From the NCBI GenBank assembly GCA_019058365.1, contig JAHPZE010000006.1, positions 110,080-174,079 of the forward strand: 64,000 nucleotides of DNA, written 5' to 3'. Position numbers and translations under genes: made by a program. A model generated the notes under the pieces. The model was not told where the DNA came from, did no database searches, and saw only the letters and a program-made list of their open reading frames with translations. Below, piece after piece: positions 45,579 to 55,896 of the stretch. The first letter of the stretch is position 1, and the number at the start of each line of letters is the position of its first letter. Origin of the DNA: Promethearchaeota archaeon. GTDB taxonomy: Archaea > Asgardarchaeota > Lokiarchaeia > Sigyniarchaeales > SOKP01.

Positions 45579-46769
45579 TTAATTAAATTTTCTTTGTAAA
45601 ATGTCTTCTAACAGTTCTGCTAATTTTAATGCAGGGATATCTAACAGTGTTATCTCTAAATGCCTTCCACGAGTAGCCTCTTCGATTCTTACTGTTTTAG
45701 ACGCCATAATTTTTAACTGAGTAAGTTGGCGTACGTATTTTCTAAAACTCATTTTAACATGAGGTTCAATAGAATAATTCTCACATATAGCATTATATTC
45801 TTCAAATGCATCGTCAACTAAAGTGAAAGGTTCGTCATTATTAATTAATGACCGCACAATTCCGTATAAGGCTAAGAGCTCTTGATCTTTTAATTGATCT
45901 ATAATATCACTTCTGAAAGTAGGATACACATCATTAGACGCCTCTCTAATAATATCAGCAGTTATACGATCAAGTCCTTCCTTATCACAATAAGATCCAC
46001 TTTTACGTAAAATTTCAATCCCATGTCTCATGTTTTTATGATCAACTACGATTTGTGAAACTATTATTAAAAGTTCTTCATCGATCACATTTTCTTTTAA
46101 CGCCAATTCACTGCGATATTTCAAGATTTGCTGTGATTCATCAAAATCATAAGGCTTAAGTTGGATTTTCTCATTTAGTCTACTTAATATTCTTTCATTC
46201 TCAATTATCATCCAATCTTTACTTCTAGAAATTAACAATAGCGACAATTTCGCATTTTGGTGACCGAATGTTTCCGCAATGTCCAAAAATGCAAGTACTT
46301 CATCTGGTTTGAGAAGATGAATCTCATCTATTATTAATAACATGTAGCCTTTCTCCCGAATCAGTTGCGAAAGAATTAACTTTAAAGCCTCGTCGTCCGA
46401 GAAACCGCGCCCGCTACCATGTTGATATTTGGCGAGGAGCTCTCTAATTATCTTACTCTTAGAGCGAAAATTGATGCAATTAAAATATTCTAAAAATAAT
46501 TTAACATCATTTTCAATTGCTATAGTTCTAAAATTTTTTCCAAAATAGCGCGCTGTACATGTTTTTCCCACTCCTCCTTTCCCTAAGATCAAGCAATTAA
46601 CAGAAGGTTGTTCTTTTTCCTCCATAATTCTCCTATAATTAAATATCAATGTTTTTAAAGCTTCATCGCGACACATTAATTTTTCTGGTACATAACTTAA
46701 ATCAAGAGAACTCGCTTGTCTAAAAACCGACTTTTTCATAAATTGCTTTCTGAATTCATCCTCGTCCAT
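45579..46769 (-). CDS. orc1: Orc1/Cdc6-family AAA+ replication initiator
   Basis: 396 aa. Walker A LILGKGGVGKTCTA, Walker B LLIIDEIHLL, a sensor region and a C-terminal winged-helix-like ~90 aa. Confidence 0.85.
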   Translation of the reverse strand: MDEDEFRKQFMKKSVFRQASSLDLSYVPEKLMCRDEALKTLIFNYRRIMEEKEQPSVNCLILGKGGVGKTCTARYFGKNFRTIAIENDVKLFLEYFNCINFRSKSKIIRELLAKYQHGSGRGFSDDEALKLILSQLIREKGYMLLIIDEIHLLKPDEVLAFLDIAETFGHQNAKLSLLLISRSKDWMIIENERILSRLNEKIQLKPYDFDESQQILKYRSELALKENVIDEELLIIVSQIVVDHKNMRHGIEILRKSGSYCDKEGLDRITADIIREASNDVYPTFRSDIIDQLKDQELLALYGIVRSLINNDEPFTLVDDAFEEYNAICENYSIEPHVKMSFRKYVRQLTQLKIMASKTVRIEEATRGRHLEITLLDIPALKLAELLEDILQRKFN

Positions 46770-46905
46770 TGTAAATCGAGAAAATCTGGTATATAATTTT
46801 GAAGTATAAGTAATAAAAGAACAATTTAAGTATAAATTTTCTTATACTTGTTAAATTTTGTTTTTTCTATAAAAAATTTATTAATTAAAAAAAATAGATT
46901 ATTAT

Positions 46906-47829
46906 CTACAATTTATCCAAATTGTTTAGAGGATGCATTTGCGAATAAGATTCCTTTAATTTAGTTATATCGTTCTTAGCGTAAATCCGTGTTGTATTTG
47001 GACTTGAATGACCTAAAATATCCTGTAATTCGCTAATATCCATACCTGAACGTCGTAGATGGGTTGCTCCTGTATGTCTGAAAACATGGGGAGTTATAAT
47101 TTTAGAATCAGCAAACCCGCATTTTTCTTTAATTATTTTAATATCTGTTTGAACGACTCGAGGGCTTAATTTTTGGTTCCTTGTATTTACTAAAAGATAA
47201 TCTTCAGAATCGTAACTTATCCTATTTTTAAGATATTCTTTAAAAATTTCTAGTGTTTTGTGATCAACGGGTACAATTCGTTCCTTATTTCCTTTTCCCC
47301 TGAGTTGTATATATCCTCTTTCAAAATCAATATCTCTAATTCTTATATTACATAACTCGCTCACTCTTGCCATCGTCGAATATAATAACCTGATAATCAA
47401 ATAATATCGGTTACCTTTTCGAGAGTTGAATAATTGGCGATCCTTCAATTTATTAAAAATCACTTCCATATCAGAAATTCTCAAAAACTTGGGTAGACTC
47501 TCTTCAAGTTTAATTTTCGGTGTCTTAATTGTACTCATGGGATCTTTTTCCATAAACTCATTCAAGGTTAGAAATTTAAAATAAGAACGCAATGAGGCAA
47601 TTTTTCTTCCAATTCCTTTTTTAGTATAGTTCAATTCATTTAATTTTTTTAAGAATAAACGTATTTTTTGGCGTAGTAGGGGAGAATTAATATATAAATC
47701 CCCTACAAGTTCAATGAATTTCTGAAGATCATAACGATATGCCTTAATAGTGGAGGAAGCACATCCTTCTTCAACTTCTTTCGCAATTAAAAAGTCTTCT
47801 ATAAAATCAGAAATTTTATAGGTTTCCAT
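46906..47829 (-). CDS. xerA: Tyrosine recombinase, XerA/XerC/D-like
   Basis: 307 aa. N-terminal SAM-like core-binding domain. Catalytic residues in ARVSELCNI (R), HVFRHTGATHL (HxxR) and GHSSPNTTRIYA (H, Y). Confidence 0.85.
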   Translation of the reverse strand: METYKISDFIEDFLIAKEVEEGCASSTIKAYRYDLQKFIELVGDLYINSPLLRQKIRLFLKKLNELNYTKKGIGRKIASLRSYFKFLTLNEFMEKDPMSTIKTPKIKLEESLPKFLRISDMEVIFNKLKDRQLFNSRKGNRYYLIIRLLYSTMARVSELCNIRIRDIDFERGYIQLRGKGNKERIVPVDHKTLEIFKEYLKNRISYDSEDYLLVNTRNQKLSPRVVQTDIKIIKEKCGFADSKIITPHVFRHTGATHLRRSGMDISELQDILGHSSPNTTRIYAKNDITKLKESYSQMHPLNNLDKL

Positions 47830-48112
47830 GATGATTACAATATGATCGTGATATTACATAATAGATTGTAATATCCAAGTAACATTTAGAGTAAAAAGTT
47901 GACACTCTAATACTACATTATATTAATCTGGACTAAATTTTATCTTTTCCAATTCTTTTTTTAAATTTAATCGGTTTCAAAAAATCATAATAACTGATTT
48001 TGGCCAAACTTTAATTAAAAAGATGATTTTCATGTTCCGATATAAGATTATGCATTTTTTTTTCTATATTTTGGAACTTTTCTAAGTTCGCTGATATATA
48101 TTAGAAAGGCAT

Positions 48113-49057
48113 TTATTTTGTTAAGCCTTCCCCATACCATCCTTGTTTAATATATAGATATGCATTCATTGCTGCAGTTGTTGCTTCCCCTACTGCTGTA
48201 GCGACTTGTTGAATTCCACCTGTTACATCTCCAGCGGCATATATACCAGGAAAATTAGTTTCTTGATTTCTATTAACTTTAATGTAATTATCCTCATCAA
48301 GTTCTATCCCTGCCTTTTTCGCTAAATTACTCTGTGGCTCAACTCCTATTGCTATGAAGAGAGCTTTTACACCAATATTAGAAGTTTCGCCAGTTTTATG
48401 ATTTTTAATTTTTAACTCTGCCAATTTGTTATCTTTAGGTATTGCTTCTTCAATAGTGCAATTATACATTGGTACAACATTGGGTAATGAATCAACTTCA
48501 TCTACAATACATGCTTCTGCTCGCATACAATGTCGTCTATGTATAAGATAAACCTTTTTTGCTACGCCTGAAAGATAAATTACCTCTAAACCAGCGGCAT
48601 TACCACCCCCAACTGTAGCAACTACTTGATCTCGAAATAAAGGACCATCACATGTAGCACAGTAAGATATTCCATTACCTACTAATTCAAACTCATTAGA
48701 CAATCCAAGTGTTAGATGTTTTGAACCAGTAGCAATTATAATCGCTCTGCCTTTTGTGTCTCCTTCATAAGTAGTTATAGTCATTTTCTTTGGATTGATT
48801 GCTGAAACTTCACTAAAGAAAAAAGTAGTTCCCCAATTTTCAGCTTGTTCTCTCATTTTTTCAGTTAACTCAAGACCATTGATACTACTGAATCCTGGAT
48901 AGTTTTCAATCTTGGGAGCGGTTCCAGCTAGACCTCCAAAACCTTTTCCCTCATAGAGAGCAGTTTTTAAACCCATTCTTCCCCCATAAATAGCTGCTGT
49001 TAAACCTGCGGGTCCACCCCCTATGATGATAAGATCGAATTCATTTTTTTCAGACAA
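48113..49057 (-). CDS. trxB: Thioredoxin-disulfide reductase
   Basis: 314 aa. IIGGGPAG, redox-active CATC in ISYCATCDGPLF, GGGNAA, HRR and AAGDVTGG. Confidence 0.9.
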   Translation of the reverse strand: MSEKNEFDLIIIGGGPAGLTAAIYGGRMGLKTALYEGKGFGGLAGTAPKIENYPGFSSINGLELTEKMREQAENWGTTFFFSEVSAINPKKMTITTYEGDTKGRAIIIATGSKHLTLGLSNEFELVGNGISYCATCDGPLFRDQVVATVGGGNAAGLEVIYLSGVAKKVYLIHRRHCMRAEACIVDEVDSLPNVVPMYNCTIEEAIPKDNKLAELKIKNHKTGETSNIGVKALFIAIGVEPQSNLAKKAGIELDEDNYIKVNRNQETNFPGIYAAGDVTGGIQQVATAVGEATTAAMNAYLYIKQGWYGEGLTK

Positions 49058-49150
49058 TTTTAATCCCTATTACATTGTAGATTTATTTAAGTATACAAAT
49101 TGTAATCTTAAAAATGGTATAAATTTTTTCTAATTTTGTTCTTGATTGAC

Positions 49151-50095
49151 TTATTCTTTCTTTAATTGCCGAAGATATTTACATGCGTTTATTCCTGCTC
49201 GTGCACCCTCTGCTGTGGCAAATACTACTTGAAAAAGTCCCCCCGTGCAATCTCCAGCAGCATAGACTCCCTTAAGGTTCGTTTTTTGGTCTTCATCAAC
49301 TTTTACATTTCCCATATCATCCAATTCTACTCCAGCTTTTTTAAAGATTGAATTTGAGGATATATGAGATAAAATAAATAAACAACTTAATTCAAATTCC
49401 TTTATTTCTTCATGATCTTCTGATTCAGGTTTAGTAGACTTACAAATAATTTTATCAAGCATACCTTCTGAATCGGGAACTGCTTCAATTATTTCCATAT
49501 TTTCAAAAATTTCAATTCCAGTTTCTTTTACTTGATATAACTTTTCGGGTAATTTTTCAATTCCTACATTTGTGATTATTCGAACTATACATCCCATTTG
49601 GTGAAGAGCCAAAGCATCTTCCAACATTTCTTCGTCATTACCAAATAAATAGACCACTTTATCTTTATATAATGGACCATCATTTAATGCACTATACGAA
49701 ATGCCAAAACCAAGTAAAATATCCTCTCCTTTTATTATTTCTTTTCGAGTACCTCTACCAGCAGCAATAATAACCACATCAGAAGTTATGTCAGCTGTTC
49801 TGGTTGAGGTTCTATTTACACCCATTCCAAGCATTAATGAAATTACATCACCTTTGATTATTCTAATATTTTCTGAATAACTCTCAGTATGAGCTCTAAA
49901 TTTCTCTAATAGATGCTTTCCTTTAATATCAATTTCTCCTGGCCAATTTTGAATTTCTTTTGCTCTAACTAAGGCGGATAACTCTTTTCCATCAAGAATT
50001 ATTACATCTCTATTTGCTCGAGCACAGTAAATACCAGCACTCAACCCTGCTGGGCCACTACCAATAATTAGTATTTCACATTTAAATTCATCCAT
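49151..50095 (-). CDS. Thioredoxin-reductase-like flavoprotein lacking the CxxC and the NAD(P)H GGG motif
   Basis: 314 aa paralog of trxB. FAD motifs are kept (IIGSGPAG, AAGDCTGG). The active site reads ISYSALNDGPLY instead of CATCDG, and FGNDEE replaces GGGNAA. Confidence 0.75.
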   Translation of the reverse strand: MDEFKCEILIIGSGPAGLSAGIYCARANRDVIILDGKELSALVRAKEIQNWPGEIDIKGKHLLEKFRAHTESYSENIRIIKGDVISLMLGMGVNRTSTRTADITSDVVIIAAGRGTRKEIIKGEDILLGFGISYSALNDGPLYKDKVVYLFGNDEEMLEDALALHQMGCIVRIITNVGIEKLPEKLYQVKETGIEIFENMEIIEAVPDSEGMLDKIICKSTKPESEDHEEIKEFELSCLFILSHISSNSIFKKAGVELDDMGNVKVDEDQKTNLKGVYAAGDCTGGLFQVVFATAEGARAGINACKYLRQLKKE

Positions 50096-50287
50096 GAGTT
50101 ACACTCTTAAAATTAATTACTAATGAAATTTAAAATAAGTGTAAGGTTTTATTTTTGAAAAATCTCCTTTTGTAATTATAGTAAGAATAATGTGCTAATT
50201 AATTTAATATTATAATTAAAATATCTCATATTGAATAGATATATATAGAAATTGTAATCAACTTATAATTTAGGTTCTAATAATTTA

Positions 50288-51211
50288 TTATGAAATAGAA
50301 TAAAATATTAAAGAAATCAAACCTAACAGAATCATGGTTGCTCCCATTCCTTGTCCCATTGTTTTTGCTGAAAGCTTTTGTACATAATTTGAAACTATTA
50401 AACCTGTAAAAAAAGAACCTATGCCTAAATATAAATTGAATTCCCAATTAAAATAAAATTGACCGTTAATCACAAATCCTAAAATTTGATAAGAAAAAAA
50501 AGTAAAAATACACATAAAAATACTCAAAATTAATGCAGTTCCTACACTCTTCTTAAGAGGATAGCCATATAACACTATTAAAACAATTGTAATTATTAAA
50601 CCTGAATTTGCTCCAAACATACCCGAATTAAGCCCTACAATTATTCCTAATATAATAGCTAACACGAAAAATAATTTTGAATATGGTTTAATAAAGCTTT
50701 CTATATTATTATCTCGTAGATTTAATTTATTATCGTTCATTTTATCAATTTCTGCTGGATCTGCATAACCGTTTTTATACTTAGATAACTTTTGAGTAAT
50801 TTTAAGCACCATTTCTTTCAAGCTCTCAGAGGTAGGAAATCCCTTAGAAAGAATTGTAGACCCAAGGAAAATAATGAAGATGGGCAAAAACCATCCAAAA
50901 ATAATGCTTAAAGGGGTTAATATTAAAAGAATTACTCCAAAAAATGAGGCAATTAAAGAAAATATTATTAATATCATAATATTCTTGTTGAGATAAAATT
51001 GTCGTTTTCTCATATAGTTAATTGCTACAGAAATTGCTGCAATAAAGTCATTTAAAAGATTCACAGTTATTGCTATTAAAACATCTCCAGTAATTAAAAG
51101 AATTAAAGGTACTATAACTCCTTGTCCTGTTTGCCCTACAAAACACATGCTAATACCGACAAGCGCACCAATAAAAATAAACAGAATTATTTGATAAACT
51201 TCTAAAGCCAA
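50288..51211 (-). CDS. TauE/SafE (TSUP, DUF81) family anion exporter-like membrane protein
   Basis: 307 aa polytopic. Two homologous halves separated by a hydrophilic loop. Gly-rich first helix IGALVGISMCFVGQTGQG. Confidence 0.6.
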   Translation of the reverse strand: MALEVYQIILFIFIGALVGISMCFVGQTGQGVIVPLILLITGDVLIAITVNLLNDFIAAISVAINYMRKRQFYLNKNIMILIIFSLIASFFGVILLILTPLSIIFGWFLPIFIIFLGSTILSKGFPTSESLKEMVLKITQKLSKYKNGYADPAEIDKMNDNKLNLRDNNIESFIKPYSKLFFVLAIILGIIVGLNSGMFGANSGLIITIVLIVLYGYPLKKSVGTALILSIFMCIFTFFSYQILGFVINGQFYFNWEFNLYLGIGSFFTGLIVSNYVQKLSAKTMGQGMGATMILLGLISLIFYSIS

Positions 51212-51378
51212 AGTAAATATGCCTTTTTTTGTTGAGTTTCTAATTTATTAATTACGTTTGAATGAAAACTTACTTTAAAATTCAAAATATTTTAATGATT
51301 TAAGAAATTTTGTTTGATATTATTACACTATTGTGTTATAAAAAATTTAATAAAAATATAGTAAATATGTGAAAAAGT

Positions 51379-53511
51379 ATGGATGTACCATTAATTTTAT
51401 TGGTTGCATTAATTGCAGGTATAATTTCCATTGGAATGGCTTTATATTTTGCTAAATTAGTACTGAAAGAAGACCCAGGAAATGAAAGAATGGTTGAAGT
51501 ATCTGGGTATATTAAAAAGGGATCTAAAACATTCCTAAAAGTTCAATACAAAATATTAGGGATTTTTGTAGTTGTTTTAGCAGTAGCACTATTATTTTTA
51601 CCTTCTCCATTTGAACAAAGCACTACATATAATAGATTGATCCCTGGTGCTTTAAATTGGGAACAAATGATTGCTTATATTATAGGTTCTTTTGGATCAA
51701 TGATGGCTGGCTATTTAGGAATGATGACGGGCGTAGAAACTAATACACGTTCTGCTCAAGGTTGTACAGTGAGCACTAAGAAAGGTTTCGATATAGCTTT
51801 TTTTGGTGGTGCAGTTATGGGTCTTGCAGTTGTTGGCGTAGCTTTAATTGGTATTTCTGTCCTATATTGGATTATCCCAGATCCTATGATTGTTTTAGGC
51901 TTCAGTTTTGGTGCTAGTAGTGTCGCTCTTTTTATGAAGTCAGGAGGAGGAATCTACACCAAGACAGCGGATGTAGGTGCTGATCTTGTTGGAAAAGCTG
52001 AATACAATCTTCCTGAAGATGATCCACGTAATCCAGCTACTATCGCTGATAATGTGGGAGATAATGTGGGTGATATTGCTGGGATGGGAAGTGATTTATT
52101 TGATTCATATGTAGCATCAATTGTAGCTGCTATGATGTTAGCTGCAACCTTATCTATTATAGGCACAATATGGGGAACCATGTCTGATGCTATTAGATAT
52201 ACTTTTGTAGTATTTCCTGTCGTCTTAAGCGGTGTTGGATTAATTGCTTCTCTGATTTGCATTTACTTAATTAAAATTAAAAAGGGAGAAGATCCTGGAA
52301 AGTTATTAAACTTAGGAACATATTTAGCTACAATTGTCTTTGGAGGTTTAGCTGCGATAATTACCGCAGTTATGACATTGGGATTAAGTAATGAAGAGAT
52401 GATATTCTTATGGAAGCTTTATTTTGCTGTAGTGATTGGATTACTTAGCGGGCTTGTTATAGGATTTACAAGTGATTACTTTACTAGTGATGACAAGAAA
52501 CCAACAAGAACTATCGCAAAATCAGCACAGGAAGGTGATGCAGTAGTCATTCTTAGTGGATTTTCTTATGGTTTATTAAGTGTTGTGCCCCCTGCTATTG
52601 GGATTGTAGTTGCGATGGCAGCAGCTTACTTACTAAGCGGACTATTTGGGGTAGCAATGGCAGCAGTAGGTATGCTTGCAATTGTGGGAACTATTGTCTC
52701 TAATGATGCATATGGACCAATTGTTGATAATGCGAGAGGTATTGCTGAACAGGGTGATTTAGGGGAAGATGTTATTCGAACTGCAGATAAATTAGATTCA
52801 GCGGGAAATACAGCAAAAGCTATTACCAAAGGTTTTGCTATTGGCGCAGCAAATCTAACTGTACTTGCTTTAATGTTCTCATTTGCAACTGAAGCAAATG
52901 ATATTCAATCAGGTACGATAGATGTAGTGAATTTACTTAACGTAGATGTTTTAATTGGTGCATTTATTGGAGTAGTTGTACCGGCATTATATTCTGCTCT
53001 ACTAGTTCTTGCAGTTCAAAGAAATGCTGCTAAAATGGTCGATGAAATCAGACGACAATTTGAAGAGAATCCTAAGATATTGACAGGTGAACAAGCAGCA
53101 GATTTTAATAAATGCATCGCAATCGCGACTAAAGGTGCTTTGAAAGAACTTATATTACCAAGTATAATTGCAATCGCGATACCCATTTCAGTTGGAATTT
53201 TGTTTGGAGTTGCAGCATTAGGTGCATTCCTAACGGGTGCGATTTTATCTGGTTTTGTTTTCGCAATCTTTATGTCGAATGCAGGAGGAGCCTGGGACAA
53301 TGCAAAGAAATGGATTGAGGATGGTAACCTTGGAGGGAAAGGTACCGCAACGCATAAAGCCTCCATTACAGGTGATACAGTTGGAGATCCATTTAAAGAC
53401 ACTGCAGGACCAAGTATTAATACTCTATTAGTAGTAATGTCATTAACAGCATCTATCTTTCTTGGATTTCTGATGCTTTTTGGCAATGGAGCAGGATTAT
53501 TGATATTTTAA
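51379..53511 (+). CDS. hppA: Membrane-bound ion-translocating pyrophosphatase
   Basis: 710 aa. GGGIYTKTADVGADLVGK, DNVGDNVGDIAGMGSDLF, GPIVDNA, GNTAKAITKGFAIG, GGAWDNAKK, GDTVGDPFKDTAGPSIN. Confidence 0.95.
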   Translation: MDVPLILLVALIAGIISIGMALYFAKLVLKEDPGNERMVEVSGYIKKGSKTFLKVQYKILGIFVVVLAVALLFLPSPFEQSTTYNRLIPGALNWEQMIAYIIGSFGSMMAGYLGMMTGVETNTRSAQGCTVSTKKGFDIAFFGGAVMGLAVVGVALIGISVLYWIIPDPMIVLGFSFGASSVALFMKSGGGIYTKTADVGADLVGKAEYNLPEDDPRNPATIADNVGDNVGDIAGMGSDLFDSYVASIVAAMMLAATLSIIGTIWGTMSDAIRYTFVVFPVVLSGVGLIASLICIYLIKIKKGEDPGKLLNLGTYLATIVFGGLAAIITAVMTLGLSNEEMIFLWKLYFAVVIGLLSGLVIGFTSDYFTSDDKKPTRTIAKSAQEGDAVVILSGFSYGLLSVVPPAIGIVVAMAAAYLLSGLFGVAMAAVGMLAIVGTIVSNDAYGPIVDNARGIAEQGDLGEDVIRTADKLDSAGNTAKAITKGFAIGAANLTVLALMFSFATEANDIQSGTIDVVNLLNVDVLIGAFIGVVVPALYSALLVLAVQRNAAKMVDEIRRQFEENPKILTGEQAADFNKCIAIATKGALKELILPSIIAIAIPISVGILFGVAALGAFLTGAILSGFVFAIFMSNAGGAWDNAKKWIEDGNLGGKGTATHKASITGDTVGDPFKDTAGPSINTLLVVMSLTASIFLGFLMLFGNGAGLLIF

Positions 53512-53690
53512 TTAATTTTAAAAATAATTTATTTTTTCTTTTTTTTCAAAATTTATAGATGAGTGGTTTAAGTAACAATTTAATTTTTTAAAAGTCAATT
53601 TTAATAAAATTAAATAAAATTACTGAATTTCTCAATATTAAGATTTTTAAATTAAAGAACGAAAGAATAAAAGTCTAAAAATGATAGAAA

Positions 53691-54710
53691 ATGTTTGATA
53701 AATCTAATTGTTCTGAATGTAAAAATATTGATTGTTTGACTCGATGTCAATGGATAGATATTGATAAAGAGATAGCTAAGACTGAAATGGGAAAAATGAT
53801 AAATGGAGAGGATTCATTCGTCTTAAAGGAATGCGTTACATGTTTTGCTTGCGATGAGTATTGTCCGTATAATTCACATCCCTTCGATATGATTACAGAA
53901 TTACAAGAAAAATACAACAGTTATAATATACATCCAAAAATGATAGGAACTGCAATTAGCAATTTCAAACCTCATGATCAATTAAGATTAAAAGAAATCG
54001 ATCCTGAAAAACCAGTTTTAAATAAATGTGCTTTCCCAAAACAAAATGCTAAAAATATGGAGGGACCATTATTTGAAAATTTGCAATATGTTAGCGGACT
54101 CTCTTATTTTTGTAATTTGTTATATCATCACCTTGCTAAAGATTCTGTAATCAGAGAAAGAGCTCCAATAATAATAGATAATATTAGAAAGCAAGGTATT
54201 AAAGAAATGATATGTTTTCATGAGGAATGTTATGGATTTTATAAGTCTTATTGTCCCCGTAATAACATTGAACTTCCAAAAGATTTCAAACCAATTCATA
54301 TTTACGAATATCTTTATAATTATTTAAAAGATCACGAATCAGAGATAATAAAGCTTGACATGAAAATGGCTTATCAAAGATCTTGTTCTAATCGTTTTAT
54401 ACCCGAAACAGACAAATGGGTAGATAAAATCTGTGATTTAATTGGAGTTGAACGCGTTGCTAGAGAGTATGATAGGGAAAACGCCTTGTGTTGCACAGCT
54501 GGATTTGCAGCACTCGGAAAGTCTGATTTAGTAAAACCTACTCAAACTAGAAATGTTAAAGATATGCTTGATCATGACGCGGAAGTTTGTGCTTTTACTT
54601 GCCCACAGTGTAAAGAAACGTTAGGATCAATGGTGGAAAGAAATGGATTAAAATCATACTTATTGAGTGATTTATGTAGACTTGCTTTAGGAGAAGAATT
54701 AGGCTATTAA
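53691..54710 (+). CDS. HdrD/GlpC-like Fe-S oxidoreductase (ferredoxin plus CCG domains), tandem paralog 1
   Basis: 339 aa. CVTCFACDEYCP, ICFHEECYGF, ALCCTAG, CPQCKE. Confidence 0.65.
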   Translation: MFDKSNCSECKNIDCLTRCQWIDIDKEIAKTEMGKMINGEDSFVLKECVTCFACDEYCPYNSHPFDMITELQEKYNSYNIHPKMIGTAISNFKPHDQLRLKEIDPEKPVLNKCAFPKQNAKNMEGPLFENLQYVSGLSYFCNLLYHHLAKDSVIRERAPIIIDNIRKQGIKEMICFHEECYGFYKSYCPRNNIELPKDFKPIHIYEYLYNYLKDHESEIIKLDMKMAYQRSCSNRFIPETDKWVDKICDLIGVERVAREYDRENALCCTAGFAALGKSDLVKPTQTRNVKDMLDHDAEVCAFTCPQCKETLGSMVERNGLKSYLLSDLCRLALGEELGY

Positions 54711-54834
54711 CAATCTTATTTTGATTAATAGTTTTCCTCTATAAGAAATTTTTTTTTTTTTATAATATTATTAAAACGTTTTGCTTTAACTTTTACATCA
54801 ATAAAATCAATAAATCTATCCAATATGAATAAAA

Positions 54835-55857
54835 ATGTTTGACAAAACTAATTGTGTTAATTGTGAAAATATTGATTGTTTAACTCGCTGTCAATGGATT
54901 GAATTAAGTAATATTGAAGATGCTCGAATAGAAATAAGTAAAATAATAAATGGAGAAGACTCATATGTCTTATCAAAGTGTGTTACTTGTTTTGCGTGTG
55001 ATGAGTATTGTCCTTATAACTCTCATCCTTTTGATTTGATTACAAAATTACAGGAAAAATATAATTCTTTGAAAATTGCTCCTAATATACTTGAAAGTAC
55101 AATTAAAACTTATGCTCCTTATGATCAGGTTAGGTTAAAAGATATAGATACAAATAAACCTGTATTAAATAAATGCGGATTAGCAAAAGTTAATTCCACA
55201 AATCTGCAAGGTCAATTATTTGATAATTTACAATATGTTAGTGGTCGCGACTATTTTTGTAATTTAATGTTTCATCATTATGCAAGAGATTCGGTTATCA
55301 GAGAAAGAGCTCCAATCATACTAGATAATATTAAAAAACAGGGAATTAAGGACATGATATGTTTTCATGATGAATGTTATGGGTTTTATACCTCTTATTG
55401 CTCCCGTAATAATATAGAACTTCCAGAAGGTTTCAAACCAATCCATATATACGAATATCTTTATAATTATTTGAAAGATCACGAGTTAGAGATAAAAAAG
55501 CTTGACATGAAAATGGCTTATCAGAGATCTTGTTCAAATCGTTTCATTCCTGAAGTAGATAAATGGGTAGATAAAATCTGTGCTTTAATAGGAGTTGAAC
55601 GAGTTGCAAGAGAATATGATAGAGAAAATGCATTGTGTTGTGGGGGTATATTTGCAGTTTTAGGAAAGAGACCTTTACTACAAAAAACTCAAAATGATAA
55701 TATCAATGATATGTTAGAACATAAAGCAGAAGTATGTGTATATAGTTGTTCCATGTGTAAAGAAGCTCTTGGAAATAGAGTTGAAAGAAAAGGAATCAAA
55801 AATTATCTACTTAGTGATTTATGCAGAATGGCTTTAGGAGAGCAATTAGATTATTAA
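54835..55857 (+). CDS. HdrD/GlpC-like Fe-S oxidoreductase, tandem paralog 2
   Basis: 340 aa, roughly 70% identical by eye to the upstream gene, with long identical blocks such as KPIHIYEYLYNYLKDHE and LDMKMAYQRSCSNRFIPE. Confidence 0.65.
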   Translation: MFDKTNCVNCENIDCLTRCQWIELSNIEDARIEISKIINGEDSYVLSKCVTCFACDEYCPYNSHPFDLITKLQEKYNSLKIAPNILESTIKTYAPYDQVRLKDIDTNKPVLNKCGLAKVNSTNLQGQLFDNLQYVSGRDYFCNLMFHHYARDSVIRERAPIILDNIKKQGIKDMICFHDECYGFYTSYCSRNNIELPEGFKPIHIYEYLYNYLKDHELEIKKLDMKMAYQRSCSNRFIPEVDKWVDKICALIGVERVAREYDRENALCCGGIFAVLGKRPLLQKTQNDNINDMLEHKAEVCVYSCSMCKEALGNRVERKGIKNYLLSDLCRMALGEQLDY

Positions 55858-55896
55858 AAGATAAAAAAATTAATTTATAAATTCTTTCTATTAACT

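Noticed and set aside
46906-47829. Phage/IS-type integrase marking a mobile element
   Set aside because: I found no flanking direct repeats, tRNA target, transposase or viral genes. The size and motifs fit the chromosomal XerA. The idea is kept only as a low-interest alternative in the findings.
47830-48112. Origin recognition boxes in the 283-nt spacer upstream of xerA
   Set aside because: Only short (8-nt) inverted matches such as ATTACAAT/ATTGTAAT are present, as expected by chance in AT-rich sequence.
53016-53486. 156-aa minus-strand ORF and other antisense ORFs inside hppA (51954-52262, 52626-52829, 53237-53431)
   Set aside because: They are embedded antisense or out of frame within a pyrophosphatase gene that has unmistakable motifs. 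Open antisense frames are typical of Gly/Ala/Val-rich membrane genes.
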